A stretch of DNA of 64,000 bases from the human T2T-CHM13v2.0 reference genome, Homo sapiens. A program made the translations under genes and the position numbers. The stretch lies in the NCBI RefSeq assembly GCF_009914755.1, contig NC_060929.1. One strand, given 5' to 3'. A model generated the notes under the pieces. That model did no database searches, was not told the origin of the DNA, and saw nothing but the letters and a program-made list of their open reading frames with translations. Shown piece after piece: positions 21,791 to 54,559 of this stretch (its first letter is position 1; every line of letters begins with the position of its first letter).

Positions 21791-22589
21791 TAAGTTATGT
21801 TTATAAGGGCAGAAAACATAGTTAATCCTAAACTTAAGATGTGTAGTCATCAGCTTTTATCTTAATAATGATCTTTAGAGTTTCTGTGTAGTATAGCCAA
21901 CATTTTATACAGGTAATCACAGATATATATTATTTTTATCATATGAATAAAGTTTTAGGTTATTTTAAATAACTAAATTTAGTATCTATTTCAAATGCCT
22001 TGTTTTAGATATAACACTATTGAATATTATTTAGATTTCTTTTTATCCTTTGGTTTTATGTATACTTTAATTTTCCCACAGAATTAAATATTTTGACTCT
22101 TTTATGAGTATTAATACATATTGCCTTAATAATAGCCTCATTCTTTCTGTGTGTGTGTGTATATATATGTATACACACATATATATACATATATATATGT
22201 ATAGGTCCAAAATGTAAGAAATTTGATTCCTTAATCTCTCTTTCTAAAAGTTACTTTAAGCAAAATTCCTTCAAATATTTTAGCAGTGTCTATACTGTCA
22301 CGTAGAAATGACAAGAATAAAAATTCTGCTTCTTGTTTAGAAAATGGAAAGTTGTGATTATGTGTTTCTAAAAAATATAATGTCTCAAAATGAAAAATAA
22401 TAGAAATTGAAAGTAATAAAATGAAACTTCATTTGGAAGAGTAATCACCTTGTATGCGTGAATTCTAAATCAATCTCTCTTTTTCTTCCATTCAAATAAT
22501 ATCTACAGTGGAAATTAAATTTTGAATCCCAGCAGGAACTCTTTATCTTAAATAATTTCTCATTTTTAATTTTTTTTAAAAATCACTTC

Positions 22590-23025
22590 CAGACATCTCT
22601 TAAAAGGAGACACACAAATGGCCAACAAGTATATGAAAAAATACGCAACATCACTTATCAGGGAAATGAAAATTAAAACCACAATGAAATATCATCTCAC
22701 CCCAGAGAGAATGACTATTGTCAAAAAGACAGAAAATAACAAATGCTGACAAGGATGTGGAGAAAGGAGAACTCTTATACACTGTTGGTGGGAATGTAAA
22801 TTAGGATAGCCATTATAGAAAACAGTATAGAGGTTCCTCAAAAACTAAACATAGAACTATTGCATGATCTAGTAATTCCTCTACTGAGTATGTATCCAAA
22901 GGAAAGGAAATCACTGTATCCAAGAAATAGCTGCATTCTCATGTTTATCTTGGCACTATTCACAATAACCAAGATACGGAATCAACCTAAGAATCCAGTG
23001 ACAGTTGATTAAAAAAAATGTGGTG

Positions 23026-23079
<54 letters not shown>

Positions 23080-23570
23080 GCAATATTATTCAGCCATAAA
23101 AACAAGGAAATCTTGTCATTTGTGACAACATACATGAACCTGGAAGACATTATGTTAAGTGAAATAAGCCAGGCACAGAACGACAAATATTGCATGTTCT
23201 CACTCATGTGGAACCTAAAAAAGTTCAACTTATAGAAACAGAGTGCAGATAGTGGTTACTAGAGGCCAGGAAGGGTCAGAGGGGGATAGCTAGAGGTTGG
23301 TTAATGGGTCCAAAATTACAATTAGCTAGGAGGAATAAGTTCTAGTGTTCTATAGCACTGTAGGGTAACTATAATTAACAATTTATTGTATGTTTTCAAA
23401 TAGCTAGAAGAGCAAATTTTGAATATTCCTAACACAAAGAAATGATCAATAAGGTCATAGATATGCTAATTACCCTGATTTGATCATCACACATATACAT
23501 GCATTGAACTATCACTGTACCCCTTAAATATGCATATATAGTATGTATCAATTAAAAATAATAAAAGGAA
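22590..23570 (+). mobile_element. L1MA-type 3' end with internal (CA)n at 23028-23077
   Basis: Sense L1 ORF2-end/3' UTR motifs (aaatgctgacaaggatgtggagaaagg; attatgttaagtgaaataagccaggcacag). Confidence 0.85.
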
Positions 23571-24721
23571 AACATTTACTTCCTTTATCCTTGCCGGTGA
23601 ATTCAAGGTTCTTTATTACAAGCATAATTTTATCATTTGAAATAATTCCTTATTTTTAAAATCTTTAAAAAATATTTTGGAAACTATTTTTCTTTCCAAA
23701 TATTTTCTGCTCTATTTTTTGTATTATCTCAGGTGCCTGAATTTGTACAAATCATAATTTTTTATTCATATCATTCATCATTGGTCTAGCATAGCCTTTA
23801 ACTATGAGTTAGAAAAATACTCAGGTTATTCATTATTCTATACTTGCTGTTTTATTATTAACATTTGTCAAAACCCTCTTTCTAATGTGGATATTAGTCG
23901 CCTGGTTTCAGTGTTGGCCTTTGACAAACATATATATTTTCATTCGTACAAATTTATGATAAAGATGGTCCCAAGAAAACCCAGGACTTCGGGTCATTAT
24001 TTTTTACGGTACTTAGTTTTTTAATAGGATCCATATTTTTTAACTTCCTCTCTGGCATATATGTAAGAAAAAATAGGGATGTACTTCTAAACGAACGATA
24101 CAGTTAAAAAAACAAAAAGCTCCAAGAAGCTGTTCTTTAGATGTATTTTAAACTTCTGCCTTTTGGTTTATTTAGATTTGTCATTGTCTAAAACTATCTT
24201 ATGGTTTGTGTTCTAAGACATGTTAATGTGACTCAACAAACATTGAATCGCTGTTATGCTAGACGCCAGGGATAGAACAATGGGCAAGACAGATCTGGTT
24301 CCTATCCAGTGGAACTTAGAGTGCTGTGTAAAAGACAGGCAATTAAATGTACAGCTACAGTTCTTGGAATGCCAGGATAGGAGGCAGAGACTGCTGAGAC
24401 ACATAAGCAGAGCTACAGATCCAAACTTGATGAGTTAGGGACAGGTTCTGGGAAGAAAACACTTTTGTGTTACAGTTTCCCTAATTTGAAGTCATCATTT
24501 ATATAATATACATAATGTGCTTGAAATATTTAGAAGTATTTCTGGAACTTCAGTGTGAAATATTTTAATGTCCTTTAAATTATTTGGATTCCAAATATCT
24601 CTGTGATTGTCACACTATTATAAACTATGCTATCCATAATAATTTATTTTAAAATCTTTACCTAAATTTGTACTTTGGTCCAAAATTGAGATAAAGACTT
24701 TATTTCAAGGAATTGCTTTTT

Positions 24722-29866
<5,145 letters not shown>

Positions 29867-29951
29867 AAAAATTTGTATCTTAAGAGCTTTATCTTAACTC
29901 CAGCAAGATGTCTTACCTAGGACTCAACAGGTTTTTGTTGTTGTTTTATGA

Positions 29952-30118
29952 TATTTCTCAATGTGGGCACTATTGGCATTTTTGACAGGACAGTTCTTCA
30001 CTATGCCAGACTGTTCCACCCATTACAGAAGGTTTAGCATCCCTGGCTCCTGCCCACTAAATTCCAGTAGCATTCTCCAGTTGATATGACCACACAAAAC
30101 ACCCTCTTTTAAGAACAA
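29952..30118. mobile_element. MER20/MER5-like hAT MITE
   Basis: tttctcaa...gggcactattggcattttt...tttagcatccctggc...ccactaaattccagtagc. Confidence 0.6.
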
Positions 30119-30462
30119 TTGTTATTTAAAATTTAGAATCTTTAAATTAGGAGACCAGTCTTGCTTTTCATATAGTAGATAGTATAAGCAAAATTTCCAG
30201 TTGTTTTCATTATCAGTAATTGGTAATTAAATGACCAATAATAGAAGTTTTAGCTGAATTCTCTTCAGTTATTTGATTTGCTATATTTAATGATAAAGGG
30301 TTAAGTGGATCATATATGTTTTTATATAATCTGAAATGAGAATGCTATTAATTCTAATTAGAGTCAAGGATGCCACCTTAGATATCAACTGAAATAAAAT
30401 ATCCCTGGAAGATTTATCTTAAAACTGGATATTTTACTATTTTAAATTTTAGGGGGAAATGA

Positions 30463-30597
<135 letters not shown>

Positions 30598-31197
30598 GTT
30601 TTCTAGAATACAACAAGTCTTTGTACTTTTTAACTTTAAAATCTACAACTCTGGCAAAAGTCCTGGAAATGCAGACATTTTCCCTGAACTGGCATATTGA
30701 AAATGAATGAATTACAGAATAGCTTCATATTTAAATTTCATGTTAAAAGGTCATTACTGAGAACTAAAGAACATAATTAAGTATTTCTAAAGGAAATTAG
30801 ATAAGAAAACATTTCATTTTCATTGAAAATCAAATTTCATAAAGCAAAGTAAATGCTTAGGGAGATATATTCAATCTTTGACCTTGATGAGTATTTGATC
30901 TTACCATAGCTATTTGAGAATGTGGTGCTTTTACAAATTGGTGAGTTTTCCTGCCATGTGAAATGCAATTATTACATTTAAATTGTTAGATTAAAATGAT
31001 ATTTAGTCCTGAAAAATATTAAATTGGTCAAAAAAATCACAGTGTATGCCAGCTCTCTACAGAAAGTGGCCTTTGTTTTCTAAAGCACTGGGATTATTTC
31101 TGTAGCTAATATATAATTGTACAGTTTCTTTTTAGAGATAGAGAGTATCTCTGTGTTCTTATGAAGACATTTTTTATCAGTTTTCTGAAAATAGATG

Positions 31198-31237
31198 AAT
31201 AAAATATTATAGTCACCTAGGGTCACTATGGAATAAA
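31198..31237 (+). terminator. Candidate proximal poly(A) signals (AATAAA 31198-31203 and 31232-31237)
   Basis: Two hexamers about 600 nt after the stop codon; usage unproven. Confidence 0.4.
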
Positions 31238-32029
31238 GAAATCCTAGTTTAAAGAGGAAATAGTGGCCCTTGATCAAACTATTTAATATGGCCTTAGTAG
31301 AATTAGCTGTATTTAGACAAAGTTAGACTTTAGTGTGAAATGTAATCGGTGGCTACATTCTCATCGTTTTAATTAATGAAACTTAAATGGCTTCTCTTCT
31401 TCCACATGTCCTGTCCTTGACAAGATGGGCAGTATCACAAAAGGTCCTGGCATTCTACCATCTAACACTAGGAACTGTAAAATACTGTTTAATATTCTTC
31501 TTGTTTCTCTTTTATCTGTGTATCTTTGCCATTCTATTTTCTCAGTGAATAGTATGTTTTCTCCCATTCACTGATAAATTCTCTCATTTGATGATGATAC
31601 AGGGTTTTTAATTTTTGCAAGATTCTCAATGCAAGCATTGTTATGTATCTAGAAATTATACCTAGAGAAAAATGAAAGTCGTTTCAAATTTGAAATTTGC
31701 CCTTTTAAGAGAATGCTGAATGTCATCGCAGTATATAATCACTATATAAATGTGCTGACTTACAGTTATTTTAGTGTCTATATGACATATTTTGAGGAAA
31801 GTTGGCTGACGTTATTTAAATTTAATATATATTCTATATTTTAGTGTTATTGAATATTTTATCACTGAGCTTTTTTCTTTAACCTGAATTCCCTGTTCCA
31901 TTTTTCATTCATATTAATTTAAATAACTCCAGATTTCTTTCTTATAGTCATTATTAGTAGCAGATGAGATTAATAATTCACATGTTTATTAAAGATAGTG
32001 GCTTAGAAATTTTAAGATATATTGATATA

Positions 32030-35220
<3,191 letters not shown>

Positions 35221-35461
35221 ACTATAGGGCCTTTTTGAAAGGAAAATTGACATCATCAAAATTTTAAATATATTCAGTCTATTTCTCAAAAACTCAAAGA
35301 ATACTAATAAATGTGTACTCAGGTATATGTACAGAAATTGCTGTAACATTATAATTTTAAACAATTTAAAACAGACTGAGTTTCCAAAGTTAGGGTACAA
35401 TGAAAGAAAAGGTGGCTTATTTATACTCTGGAATATTTTCCAAGAGTTGAAAAGGATGAGG

Positions 35462-35508
<47 letters not shown>

Positions 35509-35514
<6 letters not shown>

Positions 35515-35740
35515 GGGTATCCCTAATCCAGAAATTCAAATGCTCCAAAGTCCAAAACTTTCTGACCCACCAACATGACTGATGCTCAAAGGAAATGGCC
35601 ACTGGAAGATTTCAGATTTTCAGATTTGGAGTGCTCAACCAGTAAGTATATAATGCAAATAATCCAAAATACAAAAAAAAAAAAAAAGAAATCTGAAACA
35701 CTTCTGATCCCAAGCATTTCAGAAAACGGATGTTCATTTG
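35509..35740. mobile_element. MER46/Tigger4 MITE flanked by (CA)n 35464-35510 and (TG)n 35739-35757
   Basis: Degenerate TIRs cagtttgggtatccc / ggatgttcatttg; internal aaatctgaaacacttctgatcccaagcatttc. Confidence 0.8.
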
Positions 35741-36388
35741 TGTGTGTGTGTGTGTGTAAGCAGGTGTTGCTAGAAATTCACTTATATACAAGAAAACTTT
35801 TTGTGTACATATTTGCATATATATGTACAAATGGGTAGAAACGATACATGATTAATCTTAATCGGGAAGGAAAAGAGATTTAGGGAAGGAAGCAGTAAGT
35901 GAGAACTTTTATTCTATTTACTCCTGCACGTTTAAATATTGTTTACAGTGAGTATATCAACATGTAAGTGTTAAAAGACAATAAGCTACTAGTGATTTTT
36001 AATATAAAATTAACTATAAAATATTTTAAATATTAGCAAATAATATAGCACACTCATGAACCTAATTCCCACATTTGATAGTTGTTACATTTTGCCATGT
36101 TTGTTTAAAGGTCTAAGTCATAAAATCTTATAAAGCTAAACCCCACCCTTCTCTTTCTCCTCTCTCTCCAGGATAATTACTGTTTTATAGTTTGTGGATA
36201 TCATTCCCTTACTTGTGTTTATACTTTTACCAAGTGTGTATGTATTCAAAAAACAGTTGTTTTGTGATTTTAAAATGTAAATGAATGGCGTTATGCTCCA
36301 TGTATTCTGCAACTTTTCATCATACATTAGGTTTTGGCGATTTAGCCATAATTTGGCATGAATTCAGGTCTTTTAAGTTTTATTCCAT

Positions 36389-36420
36389 TGTAAGAATAAA
36401 CAAGTTTGTTCATTCATGTC
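36389..36420 (+). terminator. Candidate distal poly(A) signal
   Basis: TGTA 36389-36392, AATAAA 36395-36400, CA dinucleotides about 11-16 nt downstream, then U/GU-rich sequence. Confidence 0.55.
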
Positions 36421-36929
36421 TCCATTGATGAGTGATAGTATTGTCTCCAGTTTTTTTATGTTGCAAACCAATTTGCAAAAAACTCTGGCACATAGATTTT
36501 TACACCCAAGAAAAAGTTTACCTGGACATACACCAAGGAGCAGAACTGTTGAGTCCTAGCGTATGTGCATATTCAGCTTTTCCAGAAATTTCTAAATTGC
36601 TCTTTAAAATAGTTGTACCAGTTTACATTCCAATCGACAGTGTGTGAAAGGTCCCATTTCCCCACATCCTCACTGTTATGTATGATTTTTCTCATTGTCA
36701 AACTAATGGATATAAAATGGTATATTGTTTTAATTTGCATTTCTTAATTACTGGGGAGGCAGATCATCTTGTCATATGTTTATTGGCCATTATGGTTTCC
36801 CATTATGAATGTGTGTCTCTATCTTTTGTCCTCTTTTCTCTGTTGGGTTGTCTGGCTTTTTCTAACCAATCCTTTATATATTCTGGATACTAGTCCTTTG
36901 TTAATTATCTTTTTCCAATATGTGGCTTG

Positions 36930-37445
36930 TCTTTTAGTTTATGATAAACTTGACTGGGCTAAGGGATGCCCATATAGCTGGTAAATATTATTTCTGTGGT
37001 GTCTGTGAGGGTGTTTCTAGAAGAGATTAGCATTTCACTTGGTAGTCTCAGTAAAGAATGTCACTCTCACCAATGTGGGTGGGCATCATCCAAGTTTTTG
37101 AAGTCCAGACTAGAATCAAACGGATGAGGAAGGTCAAATTTGCTCTCTCTGCTTGAACTAAGACATCTATCTACTGATATCACTGCTCCTGGTTCTCAGG
37201 CTTTCAGGCTAAGACCAGGACTTACACTGTCAGCTCCCAGTTCTCAGGCCTTTGGACTCAAGCTAAATTATGCCACCAGTTTTCCTGGTTCTTCAACTTG
37301 CACATGGAAGACTGTTAAACTTCTTAGCGTCTATAACTGTGTGAGCCAATAGCTTTAATGGATTTCCTCTATCAGTCAATACATAGGTATAAATATACAT
37401 ATATCCTATTGATTCTCTTTCTCTGGAGACCTTGACTAATAACTA
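36930..37445 (+). mobile_element. MLT2 (ERV-L) LTR
   Basis: aacttgactgggctaagggatgcccatatagctggtaaa...tttctctggagaccttgactaata. Confidence 0.8.
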
Positions 37446-37449
37446 TGTT

Positions 37450-38160
37450 GAAAACAGAGTAGGTTTGTTAAGACAGAGGAGTTCTGGACATGTCTTGATT
37501 GAGATGTTTATCAGATATCGAAGTGGAGATGTTAAAAGGACATTGGATATAACATCTGGAGTTCAGTACGTGATCTGAGCTGGAGATATAAATTTCAGAT
37601 TTATTAGCATAGATAAAATACTTAAAATCATGACATTGGGTGATATCATCAACAATCTATTATAGATAAGAAGAAAGGTCAAAAATTAGGTCCTGGGGTG
37701 CTCTGATGTTAACAGATTAAGGGAACAAGGAGCAACAAACACAAGAGACAGAAAAGGTAAGGTAAGGATGAATGAAAGATAGGATTAAAACGAGGAGAAT
37801 ATAGAGCAAAAGTTGGCAAACTATAGCTCACAGAGACCAAATCTGACTTGCTGCCTTTTATTTGTTTACATATTGTCTATGGCTGTTTTCACACTGTAGT
37901 CAGTACAGGCAGAGCTGAGTAATTGCAAAAGAGATTATAAGGTCCTCAAAGTTTAGAGTTGCTATCTGGCCCTTTACAGAAAAAGTTGGCTAATCTCTGG
38001 TATAGAGTCCTGGAAACCAAGTTTCATTGAAGAGGAAATGATACCCTTTGCCAAATGCTACTGAGAGGCCAAGTAAGATTTAGATTAAAACTTGCCTGTT
38101 GGATTTAGCAACATGGAGGTAACTGATGACTTTGGCAAGACAGTTTCAGTGAAACAACTG
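37450..38160 (-). mobile_element. L2 fragment with inserted MER58-type MITE (~37803-38000)
   Basis: Reverse L2 motifs (gagctggagatataaattt; ttggatttagcaacatggagg); MER58-like ggcaaactatagctcaca...ctggccctttacagaaaaagtt. Confidence 0.7.
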
Positions 38161-38421
38161 GAGAGACTCTGAAGGCTCATGTTGATTTTCCCCCAAATTA
38201 ATCTCTACATTGACTGTAATTGCAATTAAAATTCCAGTAAGATTTAAGGAACTAGTAAAACTCAAAAATGTATGAGGAATAATAAAGGTCCATAAATAGC
38301 TAAATCAGTCATAACAAAGATTAAAATTAGGTCTCCATATCCAAAAAAACTTTAATCCATACCTCATACCATACCCAAAAATTAAATAAAAATCAATATT
38401 TAGAACTAAATGTAAAACCTA

Positions 38422-38788
38422 TGTGAACCCCCAAAATTTGAGACAGGTCTCAGTTAATTTAAAAAGTTTATTTTGCCAAGGTTGAGGATGCATGCTCATG
38501 ACACAGCCTCAGGAAGTCCTGATGCTATGTGCCCAAGGTAGTCAGGACAAAACTTGGTTTTATACATTTTAGGGAGACATGAGACATCAATCCATGAGAG
38601 ACAAAGGCAGCATTCTTTTGAGTTTCTGATTAGCCTTTCCAAAAGAGGCAATCAGATATGCATTTATCTGAGTGAGCAGAGGGATGACTTTGAATAGGAT
38701 GGGAGGCAGGTTTGCCCTAAGCAGTTCCCAGCTTGAATTTTCGCTTTAGCTTAGTGATTTTGGAGGCCTAAGATATTTTCCTTTCACA
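38422..38788 (-). mobile_element. MER4-family (ERV1) solo LTR inserted in an L1M
   Basis: TG...CA ends with a perfect 4-bp TSD ccta (38418-38421 / 38789-38792). Confidence 0.85.
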
Positions 38789-38789
38789 C

Positions 38790-40835
<2,046 letters not shown>

Positions 40836-41239
40836 TGTTATAGTTTGGATATTTGCTACCCTCAAATCTCATGTTGAAATGTAATCCCATTGTTGGAGGT
40901 GGGGACTGGTAGGAGGTGTTTGGATCACAGGCATGGATCCCTCATGCATGGCTTAGCACCATCACCTTGGTGATGAGTGTGTTCTCGCTCTGGTAGTTCA
41001 TGAGAGACCTAGTTGTTTAAAACAGCTTGGCACGTCTCCCCATCTCTGTTGCTCCTGCTCTTGCCCTGTGATAAGCCGGCTCCCTCTTCATCTTCTTTCA
41101 TGAGGCCTCATCAGAAGTGGAGCAGATGCTGGTGTCATGCTTGCACAGCCTGCAGAATGGTGAGCCAATTAAACCTCTTTTCTTTATGAATTACCCAGCC
41201 TCAGGTATTCCCTTATAGCAACACAAACAGACTGATACA
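40836..41239 (+). mobile_element. MST (MSTB-like) MaLR solo LTR
   Basis: tgttatagtttggatatttg...aaatctcatgttgaaatgtaatccc...acagactgataca; TSD gagga/gaggt. Confidence 0.85.
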
Positions 41240-41837
41240 GAGGTGCTGGAGGCAATTTATTTTAACATATTTGTCAATCTCCTTAAATTTAGTTCCACCT
41301 TGCTTTTAACCACTTCCTTCTGTTAGTCATTAACTTTTCACTTTACACTAAATGCTTACTAAAATATAATTACACATTCAACATTTTCTTTGTTCACCAC
41401 TGCTTCTTGAATCCTTCTTCCTTTTTGAATTCAATTTCCTCCTTCTTGAAGTACATTCTTAATAGTTCTTTCAGTGAAACTGTCCCTAAAAATATTTATC
41501 TTCACCCTTACTCCTGAATAATAGTTTGGTATAGAATTCCACATAGGCTTTATTTTCCTTTAACACTTCACAGATAATATTGCATTATCTTTTACCCTCT
41601 CATTTTGCTGCTGAAAAGTCTATTATCTCTTTGCAAATCCTTTTGGCTAATCCACCTTTTCTTTATGATTGCTTGTAAGATTTTTGTCTTTTCTTTGGTA
41701 TTCTAGGTAGAGGTTTTATTTTTATTTATCCCACTCAACACTTGGTCTACTTCATCTTACTGAGGATTTATGTTGTGCATCAATTCTAGAAATTTCTCAT
41801 CCATTTTCAAATACTACCTCACAAAAACTCTCTAGTC

Positions 41838-45385
<3,548 letters not shown>

Positions 45386-47188
45386 TAAAAATATATAAAT
45401 TGGAAAGAGAAACACAGGATTTTGTTTGTGAGGGAGGAGTACTTTGAGGGATGTTAGGCTTCCTGCCACAAACTGCTCTATGTAGCCTTTTTTTTCCCCT
45501 CTTATCTTTTACTCTGGCAATGGAACAGTAAAAAATCTACTATTTTAGATAGGATTCCCAGAGAAACAGACTGATGTAGAGATTTATACACAGGAGCTTT
45601 AAATTAGGGAGTCCTCTCAGGAAGGGAGGGAAGCAAGATTGGAGGAAGTAGTTGAATTTCAGTGCAGCTGCAGTGGGGGCCTGGAGCTGAAATAGCCTTC
45701 AGAATTGTTCTGAATTGAGGCAAGGGGACCAGGCTTTTGTTCCCTGGCATTGAGGGCAGGCCTGCCCCAGGGAAGAGACGTAACCTTGGTGAGACCATTC
45801 CCATCAGTGGGGCAACTCTTAGAAAGAGCCATAGCTGTCAGCTTCTGCAGCCAACACTCTCAGGAGCTAGGGAAATAAATGCCTGTTTCTGAAGGGGACA
45901 TCTGGATAGTGCACAGAATTCACTATACCAAATAAGGCTTTTCCATAATTAGCTCAAATTGCTGAAGCAGGAGAAGCAAAACTGTAAAGCTGAGTGTTTC
46001 TCTTCTGGTCAGTAAGGACCTCAGGGACAGTCTGTTACCTACTCAAACCAAAAGAAAAATGACAAATCCATTCAAAAAGAACTAATTCCAAGCTGAGATT
46101 CAAGGTGAGTTCATTAAATAAATGTCAGTTTAGCATCACCCGGAGAAAAGTCCACCAAAGAGGGAGAAGGAGACTGAATTCTAGTCACAGCTGTGTCGCT
46201 GAAAATAGGTCTCTGAACAAAGCATTGATCATTCCTGGGCTTCTGTTTCTTTTCCTGTAAAATGAGAAGTCTGGACTAGATGATGCATTAGTTAGAATTA
46301 TTTTAATTGCAAGTAACAGATACTCGTTTTAGCTAGCGTTAAAAAGAAAAGAGAGAGAGAAAAGAATGGAGGAATTGGTTTAAAGAATAAACCTGTGTCT
46401 TGTAGACCTACGTGTTGGAGCTGGGCTGACAGAACCATCTGGAATGCTATGAGCAGTCTAGGGATGCCCTTCACCCCTTACCTCTGCTCTTTTGTCATTC
46501 TTCACTATTGCTGCAGTCCACCTTAGTCTGTTTTTTAGTTTACATGATGAAAACAGCTACTGACAGTCGCTCCTGAGTTTTCAACTCCTCTGCTCAGTAG
46601 AGCAGCCACACTCAAGCTAAAATCTCTTTATCTGAATTCTGTGTTGTCTGAGAACAGAGTTCATTGGCCTTGTTTAAATCAAGAGAACGACCTCTCATTC
46701 AAAAACCTGTGTCTAGAAAAGGAACTCAGTGGAGAAGTTTCCAGAAAAGATTTAGAGGAATGTTTGGCAACCAAGATGTTCACTGTGTTATCTATACAAT
46801 CCTCTATTTTATTAAAGAATTAACTACTTAAGTAATAAGATTTAATTACTTTCTCACTGCTCTTGAAGTGATGCTTTAAACTGTCTTTTAAAAATTATGA
46901 TGGTTAATTAAGATATATAAATTGCTATTGGAAATGTGACAATAAATGAGGGAAGCTGAAGTAGAAAACTCTCAGCAAAATTCATTTATAAATTCGCTTT
47001 TCTGTTTAGACCCGTAACAAAACTGATAGTGTTCACCTGGTAATAACACATCAAGAAGTACACAAAGAACATTTTCAGAGGAGGAAAATGCTCAGTGTTT
47101 AAACCACTTGGTAGTTTTTCCTGACTCCTGATTGGTTTATGGCTTAGGCCAATTTCTGACATTCCCTTAAAATAAAAGTCATAGTCTA

Positions 47189-52170
<4,982 letters not shown>

Positions 52171-52187
52171 CACCAGAGACTTTAAAT

Positions 52188-52412
52188 CAAACTTGTCCAA
52201 CCCGCAGCCCACGGCCACATGCAGCACAGGATGACTTTGAATACCGCCCAACACAAATTCATAAACTTTCATAAAACATTATGAGATTTTTTTGCGATTT
52301 TTTTTTTTTAGCTCATCAGCTATCATTAGTGTTAGCGTATTTTACGTGTGGCTCAAGACAATTCTTATTCTTCCAATGTGGCCCAGGGAAGCCAAAAGAT
52401 TGGACACCCCTG
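52188..52412. mobile_element. MER30 (hAT) MITE
   Basis: cttgtccaacccgcagccc...ggcccagggaagccaaaagattggacacccctg. Confidence 0.85.
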
Positions 52413-54559
52413 CTTTAAATGTTCTGCTCATCTATTCTGCCTTCCAGTCAAATCAAAATTCATCAACACCCTTCTGTATGCAAAGCAGCACAGCATTAGC
52501 TACTATACAAAATACCAAAAAAAAAGTGAGAAATGTGACCCCACCCTCAGAATTCACAATGTAATATTCTCTTGTGTGAGCACATTACCAGTGAAAAAAA
52601 AAACAAAACAAAATAAGTGGCTCTAGAATACCCATTCTTTTTTTTCCAAAAAGTTAAGCTTTCTTGCACTACTTCTATTTCAGGATGGAGAAGCTTCATG
52701 CCTAACAGAGTATCTGACTTATTTGTTTCATTTTTTTTCTCCTCAACAAACGATTTCTAACACTTACTTACAAAATTGAATTCTTCTTTCTCATTTTTTC
52801 ACCTTCATTTACAGCAGTTTTTCCTCTCCCTTTTCCCACTTCCCATTAGCTCTTTTCCATAGGTGAATTGCACAAATTTAATATTTTGTTAATTGTTAAA
52901 TGTTGGTATTGAGAAGAATATAGCAAGTTACCATTGATTCATATGTATACCTGAAGTCAGAAATCATTTAAATATGAAGAATATTTAGTCAATATAATTT
53001 TAGCATAATTAAACAATTAGCAATGTGAATAAGAAATCACTCCCAAACCTTTCAGACAGCTCTGACTCATCATTACATAATGCTCACATGGGTGAGTGTT
53101 TCAGAAATTGTTTGAATTCATAAGAAAGAGCAGCTAAGTGTTTCTACTTTAATATATCTGTGATGACAAGAAATTTTCACTCAAATTTTACTAATTTGGG
53201 ATGGAATCTCATAATGCAAAGATGAAATGGATTTTTCACAAGCACACAGGAAGTCAGTAAGGAGTTCTTGGCCATCCAAAAGTCTCTAAGTCCTGAGATA
53301 GATTTTTATATACTGGTTAAAAGCATAGGCTTTTGCTACAAGACTGCCTGGGCTGACCCCCAGCTTCCTCTGTCCCTCAGTTTCCTCATCTATAAAGGGA
53401 GAATGAATAATAGTCCCTACCTGAAATTAATTAATATATTTGAACTACTTAGAACAGCACCTGGCACATTATAAGCACTGAACATGTTAGCTATTCTTTG
53501 CATTATTTGATAATGACATTGAACCAAAGAAACTAAGACTTTACTAAATGAAATTTTAAACAAACATAAAATGAATGGAGGTGGAGACTCTCCCATGCTG
53601 CTGCACTTGCTTTTGTATTTCTACTGCATGTATGTTGTCAGCTGAGTTCCCTACAATCTTGTTTTGGCCTCAGATGGCACACTATCTGCTCCTTATGCAG
53701 TTGTTTTATCTCAGCGTCTTCTTTAACAGTGAGATATGCATTGGTGTGGACACAGAAGAGGATGTGAGTGGAGGGCATGGCACCCTTCACTTCTCAATAC
53801 CATTCCCAGTGATTCCCATAGAAAGACAGACACAATGACAATATCATTTGCTACCTTAATCCTGCCACTTACTCCAGCCTTTGCTTCTGACTCTGCTCCT
53901 GCTGCCAAGCTTTCAGCTTTGTCCTAGATTCAAGTCTCCAGCCCTCTCACCCTGAAAGGTATAATAAATGCTGACTGGCTTCTTAGCTAATGTAATTAAA
54001 TCATTGGCACCCCATCCATTTTCTTAAAATAGCAGATTACTTTCTCCCCTACTTCCAAGCACTGTTTCTTAGCTAATTTGACTCATCATCATCCTATCCA
54101 TTTACTTAAAAATAGAAAATTGTTTTCTCCCCTTTTTTCACTTCCTTTCCAATCCTATATGGAACTCAAGTGACTATAAAACATAATTGTTTCTTTCTTT
54201 CCTCTAGTCCCACCAGACATTTTAATCTAATATGGAGCATCTTCAGACCATCAGGAATGCCCCTTATCTGGCTTTCCCCTAAAAATACCTGGAGCGTGTT
54301 TTCAGTCGTCTGGCCCTTGACCTTCGCTTTTGGGATAAGGCATGTTTCTGCAGGATGAGTACTGGGAAGATGTCTGGGGGGGCACAGCTGCCAAGTTTGA
54401 AGCTGTCTTATCATTGATTCAACAAACACTGTTGCTTTCTTGTGATCAATATCACAACTCAGATCAAAAAATGCGATTTTCTACATAAAATAAAAACTCC
54501 ACCCAAATTACTTGTTACCATATATGAACTATTTCTGTTCTGTTTTAAAGCCTATTTCA

